From Chiloscyllium plagiosum (lineage: Eukaryota): a stretch of DNA of 38,838 nt. The DNA is taken from assembly GCF_004010195.1 (NCBI RefSeq), contig NW_025214071.1:1-38838 (forward strand). The letters are read 5' to 3'. A program made the translations under genes and the position numbers. Below, in pieces: positions 22,945-33,696 of the stretch; the stretch's first letter is position 1; every line of letters begins with the position of its first letter. The notes beneath the pieces were generated by a model that was not told the origin of the DNA, made no database searches, and saw only the letters and a program-made list of their open reading frames with translations.

Positions 22945-23081
22945 TGAAAATGTGTTGCTGGAAAAGGGCTTATGCCCGAAACGTTGATTCTCCTGTTCCC
23001 TGGATGCTGCCTGACCTGCTGCGCTTTTCCAGCAACACATTTTCAGCTCTGATCTCCAGCATCTGCAGACCTCACTTTCTC
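22945..23081 (+). mobile_element. 137-bp insert of the same family with short inverted 5' arm; hammerhead lacks CUGANGA
   Basis: 15-bp TSD CCCTTAGTTTCGAGC (22930-22944, 23082-23096); retains GGGCTTATGCCCGAAACGTT. Confidence 0.85.
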
Positions 23082-23306
23082 CCCTTAGTTTCGAGCCCAT
23101 TGATTCTGTGGGGTCTGTTTCTGCTCTTACTGTTCCAGAAAAATTCAACATTTTCTACATTTCACTGTGTGCTCCAGGAAGCAACTTTTTGCACTTGGTT
23201 TAAAGCAGTAATTTCTCTGTTGAGTCCACTGTCTGAAAGTAAAAGCAGTCAGCTGGTGTGGTTTTTTTGGTAACTGACTCTAACCTCCTGCCCTCTCCCC
23301 CGACAG

Positions 23307-23402
23307 GTGGATGAGCTCATGAGAGAAGAGTTGAGGAATTTGAGAATGGCAGTTGAGCGGGACTTCAGTGACCCTCCTAAAGCCAAGGTCAAACCCAAAA
23401 AG
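23307..23402 (+). CDS. IQCA1: IQCA1-like exon C (VDELMREELRNLRMAVERDFSDPPKAKVKPKK)
   Basis: ccctctcccccgacAG acceptor, AAG|GTACAT donor; 96 nt, phase 0/0; matches recalled VDELMRQELKNLKLAVDR. Confidence 0.92.
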
Positions 23403-23457
23403 GTACATTCTGAGCAGTGTCCAGATCTTTGTCAGTTATCCCAGTCAGCTCTGATTC

Positions 23458-23880
23458 TGACCCAGTGACAGTGAAGGAACAGCGATATATTTCCAAGTCA
23501 GGATGGGGAGTGTCCAGGTGAGGAACCTGCAGGGGGTGGTGTTCCCATGTATCTGCTGCCCTTGTCCTTCTAGATGGAAGTGGTCATGGGTTTGGATCTT
23601 TGGTGAATTCCTGCAGTGTACCTTGTAGCTGGTACACACTGCTGTTACTGAGTGTTGGTGGGGGGGTTGGGAAGGTGATGCTTGTGGATCTGGTGCCAAT
23701 CAAGCGGCTGCTTTGTCCTGGATGGGGTCAGGCTTCTTGATGGGGGTTGGAGCTGCCCCCATCCAGGGAAGTGGGGAGGATTCCCTCACACTCCTGCCTT
23801 GTAGATGATGGACAGGCTTTGGGAGTCAGGAGGTGAGTTACTGACTGCAGTATTCCTACCTTCTGACCTTCTGCCACTGT
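23458..23880 (-). mobile_element. CR1-clade LINE 3' fragment
   Basis: Colinear with 25165-25600. Confidence 0.75.
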
Positions 23881-24115
23881 TTAGATCACATGGAATGAAT
23901 TGAATTGGTGGTGTGGTGGGGAGGGGTCTGTATCATAGAGCAGATCTCTGCTCCCACGTCACACTCGCCAACCCCACCCAGCCCCAAACCCCCAGGACCA
24001 GCCAAGGGGAAGTTGGTTTGTTCCCATTCACCATGAGCACCTCTGTGTTGTCAGGCACAGGTTCCTGATACAGTCAGAGTGAACGTTGACACAGGGCTGT
24101 GTTGTTTCTCTTTAG

Positions 24116-24171
24116 GCCAAAGGTAAAGAGAAAGGATCGAAGAAGAAGGAGAAAGACTTTACAGCCAACAG
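24116..24171 (+). CDS. IQCA1: IQCA1-like exon D (AKGKEKGSKKKEKDFTAN-R)
   Basis: tttctctttAG acceptor, CAG|GTAAAA donor; phase 0/2; matches recalled KKDKDLTADR. Confidence 0.88.
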
Positions 24172-24489
24172 GTAAAAAACGTCAAAGGCCATCCCACCAT
24201 CTGCAGCAGTCCACTCTGATCCTGGGGATTTAGTGTGATTGCTCTCTCCCGACTCCATTCCCAAGAGGATCACGGTTCACAGTCACAGACCCTGGCTCCC
24301 CTGGCATCAGGACCTCAGGACTGACGCTCCATGCTGTGGGTCTGGAGTCACATGTAGACCCAGATTGGGGATGGATAGGAGGAGATGAGTGAACCAATTG
24401 GCAGTAGTTTCCTGGTCACTATCAGAGGAGCTCTGTCCACTCCAGATTTTGTTTGAAATCAAATGTCTCCATCTGCCTCTGTGGGATTT

Positions 24490-24985
24490 GTGGGGTTAGC
24501 ACTGCTGCCGCACGGCGCCCAATTCCAGCCTCGGGCGGCTGTCCGTGTGGAGTTTGCACATTCTCCCCATGTCTGCGTGGGTTTCCTCCAGGTGCTCTGG
24601 GTTCCTAAAATGTGCAGGTTAGGTGGATTAGCCGTGGGAAATGTGGGATTACAGGGTTAGGGTGAGGGTCGATTAGCCGTGGGAAATGTGGGATTACAGG
24701 GTTAGGGTGAGGGTCGATTAGCCGTGGGAAATGGGGGATTATAGGGTTAGGGTGAGGGTCGATTAGCCGTGGGAAATGGGGGATTACAGGGTTAGGGTGA
24801 GGGTCGATTAGCCTTGGGAAATGGGGGATTACAGGGTTAGGGTGAGGGTCGATTAGCCGTGGGAAATGGGAGATTACTGGGTTAGGGTGAGGGTGGATTA
24901 GCCGTGGGAAATGTGGGATTACAGGTCTAGGGGGAGGGTCAGAGTGGAATGTCCTTGAGAGGGTCATTGCAGAGTCGATGGGCCA
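24490..24985 (+). mobile_element. Diverged HE1-type V-SINE with internal tandem expansion
   Basis: Head remnant TTAGCACTGCTGCC, V-domain at about 24545-24600, tail remnant GATGGGCC. Confidence 0.8.
24626..24925. repeat. 45-bp G-rich minisatellite, about 6.6 copies
   Basis: Unit GATTAGCCGTGGGAAATG(T/G)GGGATTACAGGGTTAGGGTGAGGGTC starts at 24626, 24671, 24716, 24761, 24806, 24851, 24896. Confidence 0.95.
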
Positions 24986-24989
24986 AGCT

Positions 24990-27060
24990 TTTTATTTATT
25001 TATTCATTTTGTGGGACACGGGGGGGGGGGTCACTGACTGGGCCCAGTATTTACTGCCCGTCCCTTGTTGCCCCTTGAGAAGGTGGGGGTGAGCTGCCTT
25101 CTTGAACTGCTGCAGTCCATGTGCTATAGGTAGACCCACAATGTCCTTAGGGAGGGAATTCCAGCACCCAGTGACAGTGAAGGCAGAGCAATTATAATTC
25201 CAAGTCGGGATGGTGAGGGGCTCGGAGGGGAAGTTGAAGGGGATGCTGTTCCCATGTACCTGCTGTCCTTGTCCTTCTCGATGGAAGTGGTCGTGGGTTT
25301 GGAAGGTGCTGTCTGAGGATCTTTGGTGAATTCCTGCAGTGTATCTTGTAGATAGTACACACTGCTGCTACTGAGCGCTGGTGATGGAGGGAGTGGGTGT
25401 TTGTGGACGTGGTACCAATCAAGTGGGTTGCTTTATCCAGGATGGTGTCAGGTTTCTTGAGCGTTGTTGGAGCTGCACTCATCCAGGCAAGTGGGGAGTA
25501 TTCCATCACCCTTTTGACTTGTGCCTTGTAGATGGTGGACAGGCTTTGGGTGTCAGGAGGTGAGTTACTCGCTGCAGGATTCCTAGCCTCTGACCTGCTC
25601 TTGTAGCTGCTGTGTTCATATGGTGAGTCCAAGTGAATTTCTGGTCAACAGTATCCCCCAGGCTGTTGATAGTGGGGGATTCAGTGATACTAACACCATT
25701 CAATGTGAAGGGGTGATAGTTAGATTGTCTCTTATTGGTGATGGCCATTGTCTGGCAGTTGTGTGTGGTGACTGTTACTTGTCACGTGTCAGCCCAAGCC
25801 TGGATATTGTCCAGATCTTGCTGCATATGAACACGGACTGCTTCAGTGTCTGAGGAATTGTGAATGGTGCTGAATCATCGGCGAACATCCCACTTCTGAC
25901 CTTATGACAGAGGGAAGGTGATTGATGAAGCAGCTGAAGATGGTTGGGCCTGGGACACTCCCCTGAGGGACTCCTGCAGAGATGTCCTGGGGCTGAGATG
26001 ATTAACTCTCCACAATCACAACTATCTTCCTTTGTGCCAGATATGACTCTAACCTGCAGAGTGTTTGTCCCGTGATACCCATTAATTCCAGTTTTGCTAG
26101 GACTCCTTGATACCATACCTGGTCAAATGCGACCTTGATGTCAAGGGCTGTCACTCTCATTTCACCTCTAGTATTCAGCTGTTTTGTCCATGTTTAAACC
26201 AAGGCTGTACTGAGATCAGGAGCTGAGTGACCTCTGGTGAAACCCAAACTGGATGTCACTGAGCAGGGTGTTGCTGAGCGGGTGCTGCTTGATAGCGCTG
26301 TTGATGACCCTTCCATCACGTTACTGATGATGGAGAGGAGACTGGGCAGTAATTGGCCAGGTTGGATTTGTCCTGCTTTTTGTGTACAGGACATACCTGG
26401 GAAATTTCCCACATTGTCGGGTAGTTGCCAGTGTTGTAACTGTACTGAAACAGCTTGACTAGGGGAGCAGCAAGTTCTGAAGCACACGTCTTCAGTACTA
26501 TTGCGGGAATGTTATCAGGCCCTATTGCTTTTGCAGTGCCTCCAGCCATTCCTTGACATCACATGGAGTGAATCGAATTGTCTGGAGACTGTATCTGTGA
26601 TGCGGGGGACCACTGGAGGAGCCCGAGATGGATCATCCACTTGGCATTTCTGACTGAAGGTTACTGCAAATATTTCAGCCTTATCTTTTGCACTGATGTG
26701 CTGGGCTCCTCCATCATTGAGGATGGGGATATTTGTAGAGTCTTCTCCTCCATTGAGTTGTTGAATTATCCACCACCATTCACAACTGGGTGTGGAAGGA
26801 CTGCAGAGCTTAGATCTGATCCTTTGGTTGTGGGATCGTTTAGCTCTGTCTATCTCTTGCTGTTTATGCCGTTTGGCAAGTAGTCCTATTTGGTGTCTTC
26901 ACCAGGTTGACATCTCATTTTTAGATATGCCTGGTGCTGCTCTTGGCATGCCCTTCTGCACTCTCCATTGAACCAGGGTTGATCCCCTGACTTGATGGTA
27001 ATGGTTGAATGGGGGATGTGCTGGGCCATGAGGTTACAGATTGTGCTGCTGTTGATGAAC
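24990..27060 (-). mobile_element. CR1-clade LINE, about 2 kb decayed copy with internal deletions
   Basis: Minus ORF pieces DQPWFNGECRRA, KAIGPDNIPAIVLKTCASELAAPLVKLFQ, VCPVHKK, GMFADD, RAGQRLGILQRV, YKAQVKRVMEYSPLAW. Confidence 0.9.
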
Positions 27061-27089
27061 CTGATGGCTGTTTTTGACAATCGACAAAC

Positions 27090-27237
27090 TTTTCACAATC
27101 ATCAGTTAATTCCAGATGTTTTTTATTGAATTCAAATTCCACCATTTATTGTGGCAGGATTCAAACCCAGGTCCCCAGAACATTCCCTGGATCGATAGAC
27201 TAATAGTCCAGCAATGATACATACCACTGGGCCATTG
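27090..27237 (-). mobile_element. tRNA-derived SINE head fragment
   Basis: Minus strand A-box-like TGGCCCAGTGG and B-box-like GGTTTGAATCC. Confidence 0.55.
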
Positions 27238-27479
27238 TCTTCTTCTGCACTGCAGGGGTGCTAAACATCACTTGACAGGTGGACTTTGTTTGGTCGATGT
27301 GTTGCCATGGAGAATGCACCAGTTAGTCATGACTTACAGTTAACTAACAACCTTTGATTTAATTTTACGGCAGATTGACTCTGATTGGTCAAATCATAGC
27401 TCTAAGAGTTGACCCAGAGAACCACTCTCAGCGATGTTGGTGAGTGGTGACAGAGCAATGCAGATGCACGTTCTTTCTA

Positions 27480-27930
27480 CCTGCATGGAACAGACCCTGT
27501 CAGTTAGTATCTGTCACCACTCTGTGGGCAGGACTGACAATCCGAACATCAATGTCAGCGTCAGTCTTTACACCTTCAAGGTTATTCAGTAAATGCTGTC
27601 CAATGACAGAATGCGATCGAACATTGGGACACTGTGTTGTGTGCTTTGTAAACACCAGCAGGTTGGGTAAAGACAGGAGGGACATAGATTTGAGGTGATC
27701 AGCCAGTCTTTGGGATCAGCAGCTGAATCACACTGGATCGGAAACTCATTGTAAGCGTGACCTGTTTGTGTCCTTGCCTGACAGCAGCCTCCTGTGCCAG
27801 GGGAACATTATAATTGCACAGAACAACTCGCTTAACCTGCTGCTTAAACCTGTCAGAGATCTGACCCTGTCTGGGAGTATGCTGGGGAAAACAGCACACA
27901 GTTTAGAGTAAAACGTGAACTCTAAAAAGT
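27480..27930 (-). mobile_element. Old Penelope-like GIY-YIG region remnant
   Basis: Fragmentary minus-strand peptides SQRLADHLK and SVIGQHLLNN resemble Penelope endonuclease motifs. Confidence 0.5.
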
Positions 27931-27936
27931 GAGCGC

Positions 27937-28070
27937 GCACTGTCGGAGGGTCAGTGCTGAGGGAGTGGGCACTGTCGGAGGGTCAGTGCTGAGGGAGTGG
28001 GCACTGTCGGAGAGTCAGTGCTGAGGGAGTGGGCACTGTCAGAGGGTCAGTGCTGAGGGAGTGGGCACTG
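27937..28070. repeat. 32-bp minisatellite GCACTGTCGGAGGGTCAGTGCTGAGGGAGTGG, just over 4 copies
   Basis: Units start at 27937, 27969, 28001, 28033, 28065. Confidence 0.95.
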
Positions 28071-28173
28071 TACCTAATGGGTGAGATGGTTTTAAAAATC
28101 CCGGTGCTGAGATTCTCGAGAGCTCCTTCCCTACTGTACTGGAGGATGTGACAGTGTTCCCTTTGTGTTTCAG

Positions 28174-28256
28174 GAGTTTGAACTCTCTGTGCGATGAGTT
28201 GATTGAACAGGGATTGTTGAAGGCAGCCCCACAGGTTCCTCTGGCCAGTTATTTAG
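28174..28256 (+). CDS. IQCA1: IQCA1-like exon E (R-SLNSLCDELIEQGLLKAAPQVPLASYL-G)
   Basis: ctttgtgtttcAG acceptor, TAG|GTGAGT donor; phase 2/1; matches recalled TIESLYKELVEEGLL...LSDYIG. Confidence 0.92.
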
Positions 28257-28399
28257 GTGAGTATCTGACTCTGGGTCCTCGTCATTGACCGACATTCCCT
28301 CCTGTCCAACCCCATTGTCCTTCTCAGCTTCAACCTAAACCCTTTCCCTTTCACCCTTGATCTTCAGCCACAAAGATCAAACACTAACTGATATTAGGG

Positions 28400-29640
28400 G
28401 ATGTTTGTGATTGGGTCCAGCATTTACTGCCCGTTCCTAGTTGCCCCTTGAGAAGGTGGGGGTGAGCTGCCTGTTCGAATCACTGTGTCTATGTGCTGTG
28501 GGTTGACCCACAACTCCTGAGGGAGGAAGTTCAGGATTTTGACCCAGCAACACTGAAGGACTGACGATATATTGCCCAGCCTGGAGGGTTTGATTTATAA
28601 GGAGAGGCAGGATGGCTGGGACTTTTTCCTTGGAGCGTCGGAGGCTGAGGGGTGACCTTATAGTGGTTTATAAAATTACAGGGGGGGGGCATGGAGAGGG
28701 TAAATAGACAAGGTTTTTTTACTCAAAACTGGAGGGAATAGATTAAAAGTGAGAGGGAAAAGATTTAAAAGGAACTTAAGTTGCAACCTTTTTACCCAGG
28801 AGGGTGGTTCATACGTGGAATGAGCTGCCAGAGGAGGTTATCGGTGCAGATACCGTATCAACATTTAAAAGACATGGGAACAGGAACATGAACAGAAAAG
28901 GTTTAGAGGGAAATGGGCCAAACACAGGGAAGCCTGGTCAGCATGGGCAGGTTGGACCGAAGGGTCTGTTTCCGTGCTGCATGACCCGAGGATCCGAGAC
29001 TCTATTTCCACTCAGGAACCTGGAGGGGATGGTGTTCCCATGTATCTGCTGCCCTTGTCCTTCTGGATGGAAGTGGTCGTGGGTTTGGAAGGTGCTGTCT
29101 GAGGGTCTTTGGGTGAATTTCTGCAAGGCCTCTTGTAGATGGTAAACACTGCTGCTACTGAGCACCGGGGGTGGAGGGAGGGGTTGTTTGTGGGTGTGGT
29201 GCCAATCAAGCAGGAGCTGCTTTGTCCTGGATGGGGTCAACTTCTGGAGCTGCCCCCATCCAGGCAAGTGGGGAGTAATCCCTCACACTCCTGAGTTGCA
29301 CCTTGTAGATGAGTCAGGAGGTGAGTTACTCACTGCAGGATTCCCAGCCTCTGACCTGCTGTTGTGACCTCTGTGTTGAAATCACGTGGAGTGAATCGAA
29401 TTAGCTGACGGCTGGTAGCTGTGATTCTGGGGACCACTGCAGGAGGCTGAGGTGGACCTTTCACTCGGCACTTCTGGCTGAAGATTACTGTGAAAGTTTC
29501 AGCCTTATCTTTCACACTGATGTGCTGGGCTCTCCCATTACTCAGGATGGGGATACTTGTGGAGCCTCCATACATACATAACTGGGTGGGGTAGGACTGC
29601 AGAGCTCAGATCTGATCCGTTGGCTGTGGGATCATTTACC
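28400..29640 (-). mobile_element. Fragmented CR1-clade LINE (same family as 24990-27060), interrupted by a + strand CR1 tail
   Basis: Blocks colinear with 25040-25600 and 26560-26840. Confidence 0.75.
28571..28990 (+). mobile_element. CR1/HER1-like LINE 3' end
   Basis: RRLRGDL and WNELPEEV motifs; homologous to 32170-32620. Confidence 0.85.
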
Positions 29641-29729
29641 AGCCTGTGCTGTTTCACTGAATTCTCCTGCCCTGACTCTTCCTCCAGCCCATTCTCACCC
29701 TCTTCGCTGACCACCGCCTGACTTACTGA

Positions 29730-29861
<132 letters not shown>

Positions 29862-30079
29862 TGATTGGATTACACCTTCACCCAGCTCACACCCTCTGGG
29901 CAACTCCAGACCAGAGGGAACAGCTAAAAGGACAGAGATAACCCACTCAGAGTCTCTCTCACACAACAACAGCCATAGCCTCCATGTTTCCAAAGTGTGT
30001 CTTGGTGTAAACCTGTCACACTGTCCTCACCTCACCCTGGCATCAGCTGTGGGCAACAGGCTATAGAAGGGTCAACCTG

Positions 30080-30341
30080 AGGTGAGAGGTCAGTGCTGAA
30101 GGGTCAGGTCTGGGTGAGAGGTCAGTACTGGAAGGTCATGTCTGAGGGTTAGTGTTGACCAATTAGCCCTGAGACATGGGTCAGTGCCAAGGGGTCAGGG
30201 TCAGTGCCGAGGGGTTAGAGGTCAGTGTTGAGGGCGTGGGGGGGGTCAGTGCCGAGGGGGTCGGGGTCAGTGCCGAGGGGTTAGAGGTCAGTGCCAAAGG
30301 GTTGGGGTCAGTGCCGAGAGGGTGGGGTCAGTGCTGAGGGT
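30080..30341. repeat. Degenerate G-rich minisatellite built on GGTCAGTGC(C/T)GAGGG (about 21-bp spacing)
   Basis: Recurrent GGTCAGTG core with G-run spacers. Confidence 0.75.
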
Positions 30342-30459
30342 AGATAACAAGGGGACAAGTTCCAAATGCTCAGGACAAGAGAAAACGCTCTTTCCTTCCC
30401 CTTGAGATATTGTTGACCATCTTGGATTCTCCCTGCCCTTACCTGCTGGCTGAAACCCT

Positions 30460-31790
30460 GATATAATCACCCTCATGTTGTTTTTACATACCTTCATGAA
30501 TTGCCTACAGATCTGTTCCTCCATTGCCCGCTAACTATTCAAGAGACTATCATACATTCCAAGCAATATGGCTGCTCCTTTTTTATTTCTAAATTCTACT
30601 CTCAAAGCCTCATTTGAAGACTCTGCCAAGATATCCTCCCTCCTTACCATAATAACTGACTCGTGAATTAACAAGACAACAGCACTTCTCCTCTGGCACC
30701 CTCCCCTGTCCTGTCTTAGGATGCTATACCCTGGAATATTGAGTTACCAGTCCTGCTCCTTGGATATCAATCCATACCCTTACCTCATCGGCCTACCCTC
30801 TAATACCCATTGCATTAAAGGAGAAGGCCTCTAGGCTTGCGTTAATTCCCTGGGACACTAGCGATACTGAGGCCAAAGGCTACCTCCACCTCCCGGGTAC
30901 ACGTGTCCAGTGTGTGGCCACAGATCAGGCTCTAGGATCAGGTTCATCACAAACACCACCGATCCCATGGACCAGTGACACAGAATCTCCTGGGTGGCTC
31001 ATCTGACAGGTTAGTGAGTGATGGTCACCAACTGCCTTGAGACACAACATTATTGGAACTCTTCACGCAAATATTGTGACAAACTCCTGTCCGTTAGTTA
31101 AACACAACTTCATCTTTAGAAATCCAAGCCGGCTCCTCCTGATTATCCCACCTTTTTCCATGTGATTACTGACTCTATCCTGAATAATTGTTTCTAGAAG
31201 CTTCCCCACCCCTGATGGTAAACTGACTGCTCTGTAATTGTTGGGATTATCCTTACAGTCTTGCTTAAACAATTCTCCAATCCTCTGGCAGCTCCCCTGA
31301 GTCTGGGGAAGACGGAAAGATTGAGACCAGCGTTCCCACAATTCGTATCCTCACTTTCTTCAGAATTCTGGGATGTACCTCACCCAGTCCCAGTGCCTTG
31401 TCAACTTTCACATCAGCCAATGATGTTCTAAATTTATGAATTAATGTATCTCGCTCAGTCATTGTATTGCCAACAATGTACTTCCAGAGCACCCGCAATG
31501 TCACAGAGATAGAACCGAAGAGAACCCCTTCCAGCCAGCTCCACACTCATTGTGGTCACTCAATCCAAACCTTTTCTAAAGGCCACCATTTGACTCTTTC
31601 TAAGAGAGATGGGGTCCAGTCTGCCAATCCCTTCCTGATATTTACTTACACATATTTCTGGTATCATTCTTATGAATCTTCTTTATTTACTGTTTCCAGT
31701 TTATAATATGGTGACCAGACTTACACAGAGTACTTCAAAACGTGGTCCAACCAAGGGGCGGGTAGAGACTGAGCAGGATCTTATCTACTT
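30460..31790 (-). mobile_element. Old CR1 LINE fragments (endonuclease and RT parts)
   Basis: Minus peptides EEQICRQF...RVII.G, KALGLGEVHPRILK, NYRAVSLPSGVGKLLETII. Confidence 0.75.
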
Positions 31791-31811
31791 TATGATGCTG
31801 TTCCTCTAGAA

Positions 31812-32638
31812 AGTGGCAGATGGAGTTTAATTCAGATAAATGCGAGGTGCTGCATTTTGGGAAAGCAAATCTCAGCAGGACTTATACACTTAATGGTAAG
31901 GTCCTAGGGAGTGTTGCTGAACAAAGAGACCTTGGAGTGCAGGTTCATAGCTCCTTGAAAGTGGAGTCGCAGGTAGATAGGATAGTGAAGAAGGCATTTG
32001 GTATGCTTTCCTTTATTGGTCAGAGTATTGAGTACAGGAGTTGGGAGGTCATGTTGCGGCTGTACAGGACATTGGTTAGGCCACTGTTGGAATATTGTGT
32101 TCAATTCTGGTCTCCTTCCTTTCGGAAAGATGTTGTGAAACTTGAAAGGGTTCAGAAAAGATTTACAAGGATGTTGCCAGGGTTGGAGGATCTGAGCTAC
32201 AGGGAGAGGCTGAACAGGCTGGGGCTGTTTTCCCCGGAGTGTCGGAGGCTGAGGGGTGACCTTATAGAGGTTTATAAAATCATGAGGGGCATGGATAGGA
32301 TAAATAGTCAGTCTTTTCTGTGGGGTTGGGGAATCCAGAACTAGAGAGCATAGGTTTAGGGTGAGAGGGGAAAGATATAAAAGGGACCTAACGGGCAACG
32401 TTTTCACACAGAGGGTGGTACGTGTATGGAATGAGCTGCCAGAGGAAGTGGTGGAGGCTGGTACAATTCCAACATTTAAGAGGCATTTGGATGGGTATAT
32501 GAATAGGAAGGGTTTGGAGGGATATGGGCCGGGTGCTGGCAGATGGGATTAGATTGGGTTGGGATATCTGGTGGGCATGGATGGGTTGGACTGAAGGGTC
32601 TGTTTCCATGCTGTACATCTCTATGATTCTATGACTCT
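31812..32638 (+). mobile_element. Young 5'-truncated CR1/HER1-like LINE 3' end
   Basis: ORF 31820..32344 MEFNSDKCEVLHFG...RPLLEYCVQFWSP...RRLRGDLIEVYKIM, continued in 32361..32552; (CTATGA(T/C)T)n tail. Confidence 0.95.
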
Positions 32639-32964
32639 AAATGAAACCTAATGCTTGTTTGCATTTTTAAAAATGGTGGCCTTGGTATGGTGTGGTACCA
32701 CACTGTTCAGGATTGGGGTCCATGATCCATTGGTGTGTGAACTCCACCTCGATCTGCACCTCCCAACCAATAAGTGACCTGTCCACCCAGCTGGCTCAGT
32801 GCGGATGCCAACTTGTTCATTTGTGCTTGCAACAACGTCAGTGTCAGTGAGCAAACTGTGTGAACCCCCTCCCCCACCCCACCCCACCCCGCCCCAGGAT
32901 TGGCTCAGCTGGGTCTCTCCCTGACCAATAGAGATCCTCTGCTTTCTCACTCTGCCCTCTGTAG

Positions 32965-33164
32965 GCTCCCAGCCGCTCCATGAGAAAGCTCCCCTGGTGA
33001 AGTCCATCCTTCTGGCTGGCCCCCATGGAGTAGGCAAGAAGATGTTGGTGCACAGTATCTGCACGGAGTCCTGTGCCACACTGTTTGATTTGACAGCGAA
33101 GAACATCGCCGGGAAATACCCAGGAAAAGCAGGTCTGCAAATGATGCTTCACATGGTCTTAAAG
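32965..33164 (+). CDS. IQCA1: IQCA1-like exon G, AAA domain P-loop ([67 protein letters not shown])
   Basis: tctgccctctgtAG acceptor, AAG|GTAGGG donor; phase 1/0; very close to recalled IQCA1 [30 protein letters not shown]...[21 protein letters not shown]1 vs IQCA1L not resolved. Confidence 0.96.
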
Positions 33165-33696
33165 GTAGGGCCACTCACCGGGAGAGAGGCGGGGGCTGGA
33201 GGGAGTCTGTGAGGGTTGGGGGTGGAGCTGGGGGTGCTGGGAGGGAGATTTGTGGGGTATCTGGGAACTGGAAGTGTTCTGAGGGGGCTGGGGTGGGGGG
33301 TCTGGCAGGGGGAGGGGACTGGGGTCTGTGGGGGCTGAATAAAGTTTGTGATAAGGATTTGAAATGTTCAAGGCAATGACACTGGAAAGTGGGATAGTGT
33401 TAGTAGATCAGTTTAAACCTGATGGGCCAAATGGCCTCTTCTGTGCTGCATGACTCCCTGAATGTAAGAGGAGGCCATTCAACCCATCTTTGACAGAGCT
33501 ATCTAAAAACACCCAGCTCTATGGCTATTGTTCCTGTTCGGGGTTCAGGGAGAGAGGTTCAGCGTGATGCTAGGAGCTGGGAGATGGGCTGAAGGGACTG
33601 AATGAGGATAGAGGTGGGAGGAAGGTCAGGGAGGAATGACAGAGTGTGGGGCCATGGGGGAGGAGGGGGTCACTGTTGAGTCCAGGAATCACAACT

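Noticed and set aside
31820..32552. Host protein-coding gene
   Set aside because: CR1 ORF2 C-terminus with a frameshift and CR1 tail
32648..33174. Minus-strand ORFs of 75-152 aa overlapping exon G
   Set aside because: Antisense shadows of the real exon with no recognisable homology
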